Shown one piece after another: positions 22,413-34,274 of a DNA stretch of 64,000 nucleotides. The notes under the pieces were generated by a model that saw nothing but the letters and a program-made list of their open reading frames with translations, did not search any database and had not been told where the DNA came from. The stretch spans positions 434,001 to 498,000 of the forward strand of contig JBLDXI010000030.1 in NCBI GenBank assembly GCA_047495785.1, read 5' to 3'. The DNA comes from Lepidodermella squamata (taxonomy: Eukaryota > Animalia > Gastrotricha). The translations under genes and the position numbers were made by a program. The stretch's first letter is position 1. Each line of letters begins with the position of its first letter.

Positions 22413-25010
22413 TTAGATAGAACACAGCGCACTAGAGCCAGATTTGCAATTGCTCGTCTGAGTCTTGCCGAAGCTGTTCAGTCGAACGCCTGAAAATACG
22501 AGAGTAATTTTAGTCATTATTGCAAAAAAAATTGCGGAATCTTACAGGGAGCATCGAAACCAAAGCTAGGCTCGTATGCATCCCACGTGAGAACGGAGGT
22601 ATCTGTGGGCATTTCGTCGCCATTGAGCCAGCTGTAGTCTGCGTGACAAGAGGCAATGACAATGCATTTCGCCTATAAATTACTCACCGCTGATTACAGG
22701 ACGATTAGCGCCGACGTAGATGAGGGTCACCGACTTTTCTTTCATGAGGGCTATCGCTTGAGCATAAGATTCCTTCGTTTTGAGGATCAGCATTGTCGAA
22801 CCCGATGAACCGCACGCCACTTGATTATCATTCCAAGTCACTGTAGAGCCCGGCGAGATTGTCATGACGCCGGCCTGTTTGCAAACAATCCAGCGTTAAA
22901 GCAACGGAAAGACCAAGGACTCACGCCGTTTTGGCAAGCAGTCGCATCGGTTAGTTGGTCTGAGCATGAAATTGCCTTGTAACCGGACCAGAACGCATCA
23001 GACGTCAGAGCGATGCCTATAATAAACGAAACATTGAAACCCTCGGGTGGGTGAAACACTCACATTCGCCGTAGTCTGCTGGTTCGCCTGTATAGTACCA
23101 GCCAGGCGTTGTTTCTGAGGCAACAGCGTTGTCTGCCACGTCCCAGACAACCTGCACTCCATCCAGCCATTTCCACGTGCTGTGGCCGCCGAACCATGAT
23201 TTATCACCAGCAGCAGCAGCCACAGCTTCCGTAAATTCAGCCTTTGTCTTGAATACCGCCAGCACGGCCCCCTCTTTTCGACACGCGCGAATAGCGTCCA
23301 CATATGTAAAATCCGCATGTTCCGCAGCGATGAAAAACTTGGGCGAGATTACTGAACAAGATCAACGTGATACAGGTTGGCAAATTAATGCCTGTATTGT
23401 TAACTTACCGCCGCAATCGGAACCTTTGAACCCGCTGGGACAATTGCACGTACTGATGTTTCCAGTGGTCACGCAAGTTCCACCATTCTGGCAATTCAGC
23501 AGGCATGGAGCTGAGAATATCGCAATTAGGATCACATCTGGAAATCACGAAGAACACACCTATCTCGCAATATGTCCCATTGTAGCCGGGCAAGCAGTCG
23601 CACTTTCGTGTCACAGGGTTGTAAATGCCGTTTAAACATTGAGGCTGTGAAGATTTTCAGTATAATAACATAAAATCGCCCGATCATTATTCACCTTTTG
23701 ATCGATATCTTCCAAACAACCCGCGTAGTTGTTGGCGAAATCACGATACGCAGAATATACGAGAAGCTATGAGAAAAAGTAAAGCTAGGGCTGATATCCG
23801 AAATTTGTGACTCACTCTTTGAGATCCGGCAGGACATAGATTGTAACACTGATCGGCACTGCCTGTTCGACACCAGGCAGCGTACTTGGGGGAAGATTGT
23901 ATAATGGAAGTAAAATATGGCAAAATTATGACTTTACTGCCGACTCCCAACTCTTTGAAACTGGGATTATGCACATCAAAAACACATTAATTCTTACCCA
24001 GGATAAGCAGTTGGCTTTGTTGCGGTAGACCCCAGTGGAAAACTCTTCGGTTTCATTGGCGATGCATCGCGATGTGCTCAATCGGCAGGCACTGAATTTA
24101 CGAGTAACAGCGTTGAAGCAGCGGATGTGTGGTTTCACAGCGTCAGCTTGCTCGCCTTCATAGAAATTCAATTATGATCATTATTTAATAGAATAAGAGG
24201 CACTTACTGCTGATACTTCGCAGGCACGCATCCAGGCTCGAGAATCCCGTAGATTTTTTCGACTGAATTCACAATAACATATTAGTAGTTATCGGCAACC
24301 CCTAAAAACAGCAGGTTTACCGAATTACTCGGACAGGCTAGTTCGCTGGGGATGCAGGTGACGAATTGTTGAGCCGAATTGAAACATGTGTCGAATTTTC
24401 GATTCTGTCGGTAAGAAATGTTCGAAATAAATTCGTCAATTTCAGGTTTGCTTCTTACGGGAAAAGAACTGAAATCCGTAGAACAGTTCGCCACGTTTAT
24501 CTTGAAAGGGAAATACCCGTTGTAAGAGTTTCCAATCTGAAACGGAAAATCTGATAGTTGGGAGAAATTAAGAATCAGACATGAAAGAAGCTAATCGTAG
24601 GAGACGCAATGCGCTAACTAACCACGACTTCGGTAGTTTTGCCGCATCCCGGTATTCCCGGCCGACATGTCGCTGCCTTAGTATCATATCGATAGCACAG
24701 TCTAGCAGTCTAAATGGAAAATATTCCTAGGAAAAAGCCGAATGAAATAAGTAAAAATATCTACCGCCTTCAAACAAGCGCTTTGATCAGAAATGCTGCT
24801 TCCAACCTGCCCAAGACACAATGAAATCAATATGTCCATTAATTGCTGTCATCTAACTTGATACTCGCGTAGTTGCTGACAGCCGTTCGGCAGTTGGCGG
24901 CAATCAGTGAACGTATCATCGAATTGCGAGAAGCATCGAGCCCAGTCCACACAAAGCACCAAATCACTGGCTGTTAGTAACGAGATCACAATTACAAATG
25001 ATCCACGCAT
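22413..25010 (-). CDS. Multi-exon secreted protein: ~5x 4-Cys module + 2 EGF + 2 C-type lectin domains (copy 1)
   Basis: Manual splicing: MRGSFVIVISLL.. leader; modules such as RCFSQFDDTFTDCRQLPNGC and RCFNAVTRKFSACRLSTSRC; EGFs CDCLPGYNGTYCE and CQNGGTC..CNCPSGFKGSDC; two CTLDs; stop at 22413. Confidence 0.8.
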
Positions 25011-26639
25011 TGTAAAATATATCTAAGTCTATCAGAAAAACTGCTTAAAAATCGGCAAAAAGTCTCAGCTCTCAGCTGTTCCCAAATAATAGATAAAGTC
25101 TAGGTTTGGATAATTACTACTCCGTGATCCCCTAAAAATAAAAATGCCTATTTATAAATTTTCAAATTGTCAAATTCGGGTTGAAAAAGCGTGTTCTCTT
25201 TTTTTAGACTGGTTATAAATTTCGCAATTAGCCTATTTCAAGTCAAAAATAGATAAAAAAGTATAAAAGTCTTAAGTCTATAAAAAAGTCATGACATAAA
25301 ATTAGAAAATTCCAAAATAATAAATAAACCGCAACACGAGTTCAAGCGTTAGCTGCTCGAGCAATAGGCAGTCATTAAAACAGTCGTTGAAAATTTGATC
25401 TGCTGGCTAACAGAATAAATATTGAACATGAAAGCTGTGGAAAGATTTTGAGTGATTACATTCACCTGTAAATGAAAACGTCTGAATGAGCCTGAAAAGC
25501 AAGCACGGATTTGTGCCACTTTTCATCAAATATTCCATGTGGCTTCTCATATTAGGAGAGAGGTCACATTTGTTGAGCCTCAAGTTATAAATAGCTCTCA
25601 ATTTTTTAAATCGCTGGCGGTCCGTTTTATCCACGCGTGCCATTAATCAATTCGTAAACAGCGTCCTAACGCAAGGCTTGTTATTTATCAAAACAACATA
25701 TATGTAGCTATTTTCGGGTGCTCACTGCTTAAACTTTGAACTCTCGAAACCCGAAAGACAAGCAGAAAAATATATCTGGACTTGTTAGTATGAAAAATTG
25801 AACTGTTCGTTGTCCATTGTCAATATGATGGAGTGAATGAGCCAAATTTGAAATCTCAGATAAGCATACACAAAAACATATTTAAATGAGACATAGCTCG
25901 ATTAAAGCAATCAATATTGTGTGACGCAACAGAAATTATAAGATGCCTAACCATACGCATACGGCTCATCTCGGATGCTTCGGCTCAGGGTGCGATCTTG
26001 GATCCTGGAGCTGCCGGGGATGGAAAAATGGTTTTTGCTGTATTTGCCAAAATGACTAGTCAACATTTTGAAGATTTTCCACTAAACCATGCTCCGTAAC
26101 CTCTCAGAATTAACCTCTCAAAAACAGCAGAACAGCGAAAGCGACAAAACAGCGAATTTTCTGTTTGCGGTATAACAGCAAAAACACAATGTATCTTTTA
26201 CATGGTAATTTTTCGATATTTTGTGCAGCGTTGCTGCGCTTGTTGATTTGGTTATTTGCTGTTATGGCTGTCTTCCGATAATACAAGTCGATACGGTCCG
26301 CAACGGTAAGCTCATTCATAATTTTAAACATCCGAAATTCCCGAGTGAGAGCTGCGAGCGGTCAGTGATGGCAATTCTGAACGATTATTCGTCTGTTACG
26401 GAAGGGAAAATGTTACTAACAGCTGAATGAGTCCGTAATTTCTGAAAAAATATGATTGAAAAGGTCCGACCCGATTATTACAAAAAATATCCGGTTTGTG
26501 TGCTCCAAACAGTTTAGGCTTTATTCAAAACTGTCGAGAGCATAGAGAGCATTTTCGAATGTTTATTTTCAATTTGAGCATCAGTCATCCACGTTCCATC
26601 TATTGCTCCATCCAACGTGACTTGTGGCTAGTGCGAAGG

Positions 26640-29449
26640 CTATGGTTTGATCGAACAAAGCGCCCTCGAATCGAAAAAGCATACGCTCGTCACAACTGCG
26701 CCTAGACTGTTCAAAACCAAGCCTGAACAAAAGGAAATATGCAAAAATTGCAACAAAAGTTATGTAATCTCACAGGAAATGTCCAGGCTAACTGGAGGCT
26801 CGCCTTCATCCCAGGTCAGAACTGTGCTATTCGTCGATATTTCTTCGTCATCAAGCCAGCTGAATGCTGCGGTAAAATCAATGATGAGCATAGAATCATT
26901 GTATTTTGCCAAGCATACTCACATTTAACCACCGGACGATTCGCGCCGACGTATATGAGGCTTACTGAATTTGCTTTCATGAGAGCTATCGCTTGGGCAT
27001 ATGATTCCTTTGTTTTGAGGATCAGCATTGTCGAGCCCTTTGAACTACAAACTGCTTGATTGTCATTCCAACTCAAAGCTGAGCTCGGTGAGATTGTCAC
27101 GACTCCGGCCTGTTTGCTGAACAATTATCATTGAGTCACCAAAATGAGTAGGGTCTTACGGCGGTTTGGCAAGCAGACTCGTTCGCCATTCTATCTGAGC
27201 AAGGAATTGCCATGTAACCTGACCAGTCCGCATCAGATGCCAGTGCGATACCTGCAAAAGAACCCGGATTCAGAGTTCACCAGAATAAAAATCGCCGATC
27301 AACCGATCAAGATGGCACTTACATTCGCCGAGTGGCGCTGGGTCGCCAGGAGAGTACCAGCCAGGCGTTGTCTCTGAGGCATTAGCGCTGTCGGCAAAAT
27401 CCCATACTAAACGCGTTCCGTCCAGCCATTTCAACACGGTGTGACCGCCGATCCACAAATCCGTGTCGGCGAGAGCATAAGAAGACGCAGCCTCGAATTC
27501 AGCTTTAGTCTTCATTTCCGCAATCGTGCCTCCCTGCTGCCGGCACGCACGAATGGCTTCAACAAAGCTCATTTCACTTTCCGTATAGAAGAAAGGCTGT
27601 GAAGTGGCTATTGTAAAACGCTATAGTTCACTCGGGAAATGCAACTGTTGCTAACTTACCGCCGCAATCGGAGCCTTTGTATCCGCTAGGACAGTTGCAC
27701 GAACTGATGTTTCCAGTGGTCCACCATTCTGGCAATTCAGCAGGCATGGAGCTGAGAATAAAACGAGTCATTTTATATCGCAATTAGGATCGCATCAGGA
27801 AATCACGAAGAACACACCTATCTCGCAATAAGTTCCATTGTAGCCGGGCAAGCAGTCGCACTTTCGCGTTACAGGGTTGTAAATGCCGTTTACACATTGA
27901 AGCTGTAAAGAAATTCAGTAACAAACATAGGATCGCCTTAATCCTTTTATTTACCTTCTGAGCTATATCAGCCAAACAGCTTGCGTAGTTACTGGTGAAA
28001 TCACGAGACGCAGAATATACGAGAAGCTATGAGAAAGAGTAAAGCCTGGGCTGATATCCGAAATTTGTGACTCACTCGTTGGGATCCCGCAGGGCATTGA
28101 TTGTAACACTGATCGGCACTGCCTGTTCGACACCAGGCAGCGTACTGAAAAAGGAACGAAAATCGAAAAAATTGAATAAACTTGGCAACAGATTTAACAG
28201 CCTATTATAACAGTCCTTCTGTTCAGATTAAACTCGGAGCTAAAAGAGAAGAGTTAGATAAAGATTTTCTTAATTCGAATTCGAAATGGGGCAGTGAAAC
28301 CTCTTCTCGCAGCACCGACGCAGTACCAACGAGCAATTCTCCCTCACAATTTAGTTTCAATATTAACAAGCATAAACAACTTGAGTATTATTTTCTGTGA
28401 AAAAATCAGTAATCGATTTGGCTTGAGGCATGTTCTAACCCATGATAAGCAATTAGCTTTGTTGCGGTAGACCCCAGTTGAAAACTCTTCGGTTTCATTG
28501 GCGATGCAACGCGATGTGCTCAATCGGCATGCAGTGAATTGGCGTGTGACAGTGTCAAAGCAGCGGATGTGTGGTTTCACAGAGTCAGCCTGTTCGCCTG
28601 AAGCGGAAATATGATTAATAATTTGTGTTAGAACACGATGAACGCACCGCTGATACTTCCTAGGCATGTGTCCAAGCTCGGCAGTCCCGTCGATTTTTTC
28701 GACTGAATTTACAATAACACAATCGATATATAACTCCTAGAAACAATAGCTTTACCGAATTAGTCGGACAGGGAAGTTCGCTAGGGATGCAGGTGACGAA
28801 TTGTTGAGCTGAATTGAAACATGTGTCGAATTTTCGATTCTGTAAAAAAAAATTCTACATAAAGTCGACAGTTCGGGTTTGATTCCTACCGGAAAAGCGT
28901 TAACATCTGATGTACAATTCGCTAAATTTGTCTTAAACGGATAATAGCCGTTGTAAGAGTTTCCGATCTAACACAAAAAATAAAATAAAATTTGAATAGT
29001 GAATGTGAAAGACGAGCTAAGCTATTAACTGTTAACCCAACTTAATTGATCAAAATACTAACCATGATTTCGCTTATTTTGCTGCATCCAGGTGAGCCCG
29101 GTCGGCATGTTGCTGCGTAAGTATCATATCTGTAGCACAATCTAGCAGTCTATAAGAAAATAACTCAATCAAAAAGCTGAATCGAAGTATTAATAAAAAC
29201 CAACCGCCTTTAAACAACTGCTTTGATCAGTATTGCTGCTTCCAACCTATCAACATAATAAAGAAAAGGAGTACTCATTCATGGTGTTCAGCAAACTTGA
29301 TATTCGCGCAATTGCTGACAACCGCTTGGTAGTTCGCGGCAAACGGTGAATGTATCATCGAATTGCGAGAAGCATCGAGCCCACTCTCCGCAAAGCCCCC
29401 ACTCGCTGGCTGCTAAGACCGATATCATAATTGCCAGTGAACCTCGCAT
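26640..29449 (-). pseudogene. Copy 2 of the 4-Cys/EGF/CTLD gene, frameshifted
   Basis: Exon-by-exon paralog of copy 1 but lacks 10 nt (CACGCAAGTT) in the second EGF exon at ~27720. Confidence 0.7.
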
Positions 29450-30129
29450 ATTGCTTAAACTCTCCAGAATCTAGAATGAACTGAATGCCCAGAATATTTA
29501 CATAGTAAAAGGCCAGTTGATGCATGACAGCATAAAATTTGGTATTATTGCTTAGTGGACTAAATTGAAATTTGAAATATATGTCCATTATACTGACGAA
29601 TGCTCACCACAGGGATTCTAAATGTGGCACATAAACAAGGCCAGGAATGTATAATTCGTGCACGCTCCTTCAGCTTAAGAAAATCATAGATAAAGCAAAG
29701 CGTCCGAATCAGCCATGAGCTAAATAAACGATAAACACTTAAAGAAAAGATAAAACTTCTTAAATTCGATAATTGATTCTCATAGATAGGCGTTTGCGTT
29801 CAAAAATATAAGAGCAAAGTTATAAATAACTATTTTTTTTAAACGCTAGCGGTCCGTTTTAGTGACGCGTGCTGTTATCGAATTTTTTAACATCAGCGTC
29901 CGAATACAAGGCTTGCAATTTATTCAAATCTTTCAAATGGCTTTTTCCTTGAAACTTGAACCCATCGAAAAACAACATAAAGGTTCCTCGTTTTACCGGA
30001 ACCAAATTTTGGAATTGCTAGTGGCCTGCTTTCGTGGGTTAAGATTGACCACAATAATTCTCAAAACAATCACCCGTAAATTCAGCGAACAATCTCTATG
30101 AGACAGAGAGCAGAGAGCTGAAGCAGCGA

Positions 30130-30265
30130 GTGAAGCAGGTGATCGACCGAGCTAACATCCGTCTTGCTGCCCTGAGAGCGGTCAGCTTTGGCTTGAAGGC
30201 CAAAAATTATTTGACAGTGAACAAAACCTACGTCCGGGCTCTGCTAGTCTTTGCTAGTCCACATA
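30130..30265 (+). mobile_element. Non-LTR retrotransposon (LINE) ORF2 remnant
   Basis: DRANIRLAALRAVSFGLKAKNYLTVNKTYVRALLVFASP resembles the post-RT 'KA..RL..LR.....L...YK..VRP.LEY.S' segment of LINE ORF2 proteins. Confidence 0.5.
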
Positions 30266-31243
30266 TCTCACGTCATATCATAGTAGTCTCTTGTGAATTG
30301 GATCAAAAAATCCCAAGAAATTTGATCCAACCAGGTAAAAACCGAAAATTACGAACCAGTTACCATCGGGGTAAATTTTCGGTAAAATCGTAGATAAAGG
30401 ATGGAAGATTCCACCAGTGGGCTTAATTTCATAAGTTTTGTTTTATTTCTTGAATTTCCTCAATATTTGCGCATGTACGTTTGAATGCACAGAAAGACCC
30501 GCTCCCGAAATTAGTCGATGGCTCGTCGTGACACGTCTGGCTTATGATTCATCTTGTGGCATTCTCTTCTCGACGGATTTTATCAGTGCAATCTTTGACT
30601 CGAAGACACCAACCTTGAGTTGCGAAGCCAGGTGTCTCTTATACCAGCCTATCCTTACAGCCTATACCAGCCTATATTGTACCAGGCCATTATACCAGAA
30701 ATCAGACACAGCCGAGCAATGCGAATTCCACGGCCAACTTTGCCCCTTGCAGATTTTGTTTTCTAACAAGACAAGGCATCGCCTCATACTGCTTACAAAC
30801 CTGGGCTGAGCCTGAGCCAGTATGGCTTTAAGAAAGTTATCGGAAGAAAGCGAGGAAGTTGATTCATTGGACAGCTCTTAACCGGGATAATATGAGGGAA
30901 AATAGAAGGAACACATTTTTTAAACTCAAAATTCAAAATTCAAAATAGAAGAAGTTTTCCCACAGGAAAAATGTTACATCATTACACTATCGATTCACAT
31001 TGCATTGCGTGCTTTTTATTGGCGGTTTTATTACTGGTCCAATGCCTAAGACTGGTTCTTGAGGAATAATTAATGATCCTGCAAAGTAATTCGCATGCCA
31101 TTAGCGATTAAAAAAAGCCGTGCGATATTTATTGAGTGTGACTTGCCGCGATTTTGTCTCCTGGTAATAGAAAATTCTACTTATTTCGCATTTTAATAGA
31201 TGGTAAAGAAAAAGAGAAATATATTCTATTTTTCTTTCAAGAA

Positions 31244-32560
31244 ATGATTTTACCGCTGTCATTTCTATGGCTTGTTCAGCTATGTTATGGCCAGCAAAGA
31301 GCAACTTCCGATCAATACTGGCCTCTTGGCGAAATTCAAACGCAGAGTATTACACTATAGTATTTCGATGTGCAATCTAAAAACAAAAAGCCGTCCTTTA
31401 ATTCAACCTGAAGATATTGTTAATGTGACTGTGGATTTCATACCTTATCGCTTTCTTGGTATCTACGACAAAGATCAAACGTATATGAATTTTCCTAATT
31501 AGCCCTATTGTTATAAATTCCTCCCTTGAAGATACTCAATGATCGCTGAGGCTGACTTTACATGGAATCATCCGTGTGCTTCATGGAATGCAAACCTTAT
31601 TCAATTTCAGCAATTCGAACTTCCTGCAGCGGATTGCTGGTACCCGAAAGTTCAACATATCAACGCGAACGACGATGTTTCAAAACTGGACACGTTAGTT
31701 ATTACCGTCAAAAAGATTTGGAAAATGACTATGGGGATTGGTAGAGTCATAGAAACTACCGGGAAGCTATACTACGTATACGATGGAAGGGTTCAACTAC
31801 CAACTGTGCTGAGCTATAATTCATTTTGTCGGCTCAAGTAAGTCCTGAATCTTTCCCTTAATTCGTCTCAAAAATCTCGAAATAGGTTAGGAAGATTCCC
31901 TTTCGACCAGCAAATTTGCAGTGTCTTCATTGAATCTTGGTATTCAGCCGCCGAGGTCCGTCTTCAACTCTCAGAACGGAAAAACGACTTTGTAGACCCG
32001 AATAACGAAAATTTCATATCTCCGGCCGAAATTTGGGAGCTTGACAGTTCGAATGCCAGCATTTTCACAATCCAATATTCAGAATCTTCAGACGCGGTCA
32101 GTAACGTCTTTTACCGAGTGGTTTTCTCGTTTCTCTACCGCAGGAAACCGACCTTTCACCTACTCAACATTCTCCTGCCGAGCTTCGCGCTTGCTTCTAT
32201 CTCTGCTGTTCTCAATCTGGATAATGCCACCCGAACACCCGGATAGGCCCGGCTTTTGCACGACTGTAGTCCTATCTTACACAGTTTTGCTGACAATAGT
32301 TTCAGACTCGTTGCCTAGAGTTGAGTCACGCGTTGATTTTTATGGGTGCGCAGATGATCACAAGTTGTGTTTGCACGATTTATGCCCTCGTTACTTGCGA
32401 ACTGGCCAGAATATCCGCATTTCGCGATCGCAAAGTGAGGTTAAAGTACGCGAAATTCAAGATGACTCTCATTCGCTTCTTGGACTTGATGTTTTTTTGC
32501 TTTCTCCTTATTGCAAGCCTCATTATTGATGGCATTATTTTCACTGAAATGACAACTTAA
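31244..32560 (+). pseudogene. Inverted duplicate of the 20276-21596 channel gene, pseudogenised
   Basis: Near-identical peptide blocks (NLKTKSRP..QPEDIVNVTVDFIPYRFLGIYDKDQT; PPEHPDRP) but a stop at 31358-31360 and several frameshifts around 32100-32330. Confidence 0.8.
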
Positions 32561-32889
32561 TTCAGGGAGAGTCCGGAATATTGCTGTCAACAATTATTAA
32601 TTTTTTTGATATCAATTGATATCAATTATCAATTTTTTACTGTGTAACCGCATAAGTGAGCTGTAAGGATATTCTCCAGCCTAATAGAACGCGCCTCAGA
32701 ATAACTCATAATATGAAATTAAATTGAACGATGTGTTGAATTCTCGATTCTGATAACTTTTTCACAATAAACGTTTTCTGAGCTCTGATGTTTAACCGCG
32801 CGCAACTCAAAGAGGAAATTGTCATTTCTGAATGACGTACCTTTACATAATCTCTTTAATACGGATCATCGTTCTTGCGTCGGGATGCC

Positions 32890-33770
32890 GCGCTTTCATT
32901 TCGATTCAGGCGAAACGTGCTTGGAAGTTGTAATTTGAACAGGATTGTTGCGTTGGTTTCCTGCATTTTGATGAAAGATTCAGTTTCGCCCATGCCTGTT
33001 GGTCGCCTTGTCAATCCTGGCCGGGACTGGTGAGTGATAAGTGAAAATGAAATACCGTATATTCCGTAATAGCTTCATATACCCGCTATTACCGCCCGTC
33101 CCGTTTACAACCCCCCTTTTAAGGCCTTTGAAAAAATAAAGCCTCATACTCGCAATAGCTACCCGCGATCTAAATTTTAAATCAAACATCAAACTTAGAA
33201 AATCGCATTTAAAAATAATTGCGCAAACTGTTTTGAAACTCCCTTTCTGAGGCGTTTGATGGGCATGCTTGATAGAAAATGGCGAAACACACGCTCAGTG
33301 AGAGAATTTAAGCAACGAAAATGCCAAAGTAGCAATTGATTTCCTAGCATCCATCATTTGAAAAAAACCTCAAATTTTAAATTGTCAAAAATGTGCATAA
33401 AAATGGCTGAAATTCGCTATCGAACGATGAACTTCTCGATTTTGATGAACATTTGTTGACTTTCGTTCAAAAATTATCAATTTATTCTAATTTTACTCAA
33501 TTTTAACGCTTGAAAACTTGCTTTGAAACAATAACGTCGCATGCTCGCAATTAAAACACGTCCCGTTTACAACCCCCCTTTTTCGAAGCTTTGAAATTAC
33601 AATGCCCCTGAAGCTAATACGGAAAATACGGTAGTTCGATGGTACCAGGTACCAGCTAAAAACGGATATTTCTTCCCATCTTCTCTAGAGCTCATCTATG
33701 TTCCGAAGCCGGAGGATTCGTTAACAAACACGATAGGCAAAAAGCAGTAAAGTTTGTGAGACAAATTAGT
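32890..33770 (+). pseudogene. 5' fragment of a paralog of the Cys-rich gene at 49533
   Basis: CATTTCGATTCAGGCGAAACGTGCTTGGAAGTT, the leader exon ending G|GTGAGT and the exon CATCTATGTTCCGA..GGAGGATT.GTTAACAAACACGAT match 49450-49770. No downstream Cys-rich exons are seen. Confidence 0.65.
33055..33631. mobile_element. Tc1/mariner(pogo)-type MITE, 577 bp
   Basis: TA|CCGTATATTCCGTAATAGCTTCA ... TGAAGCTAATACGGAAAATACGG|TA; TA TSD; internal direct repeat CGTCCCGTTTACAACCCCCCTTT. Confidence 0.85.
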
Positions 33771-34274
33771 AACGGCTCAGTCACACCTTATGACGGAGCG
33801 TGAAACACATTGTAGTTGGTCTTGTGATGAGTAAAGTCATTAGAATTAATTCGGAATCCCGGAAGATACGATTTGAAATTCCAGTGCTGCTGCTCCGGGC
33901 TGTTCCCAGTACACGACCCACCCTATAAAATTCATAATAACATTTTGTTAGGTTCGCTGCGGCCGCGAAATATCTTGCGACAATGTTGTTTTATCCGTAA
34001 TGGCATGCTTTCCTTGGGAAAAATCTCTATTAGTGCCAAGATGCTCTGTCGGGAAAATGTAAACATTCTCGCACAATTTTAAAACTCAGAAATATAGCTC
34101 AATTTAATTGGCTATCAATTATCATATTAGAGGTTTTTACTAGAATAAATGTACAGAATTCGAGCTCATAACGATCACATGACACATGAATTATGCATGC
34201 TTACTATATACAAGAGAACTTTAACATGAATTTTGCTATCATTGCGAAATTTCTCACGAGCTATTGCGCGCGGC

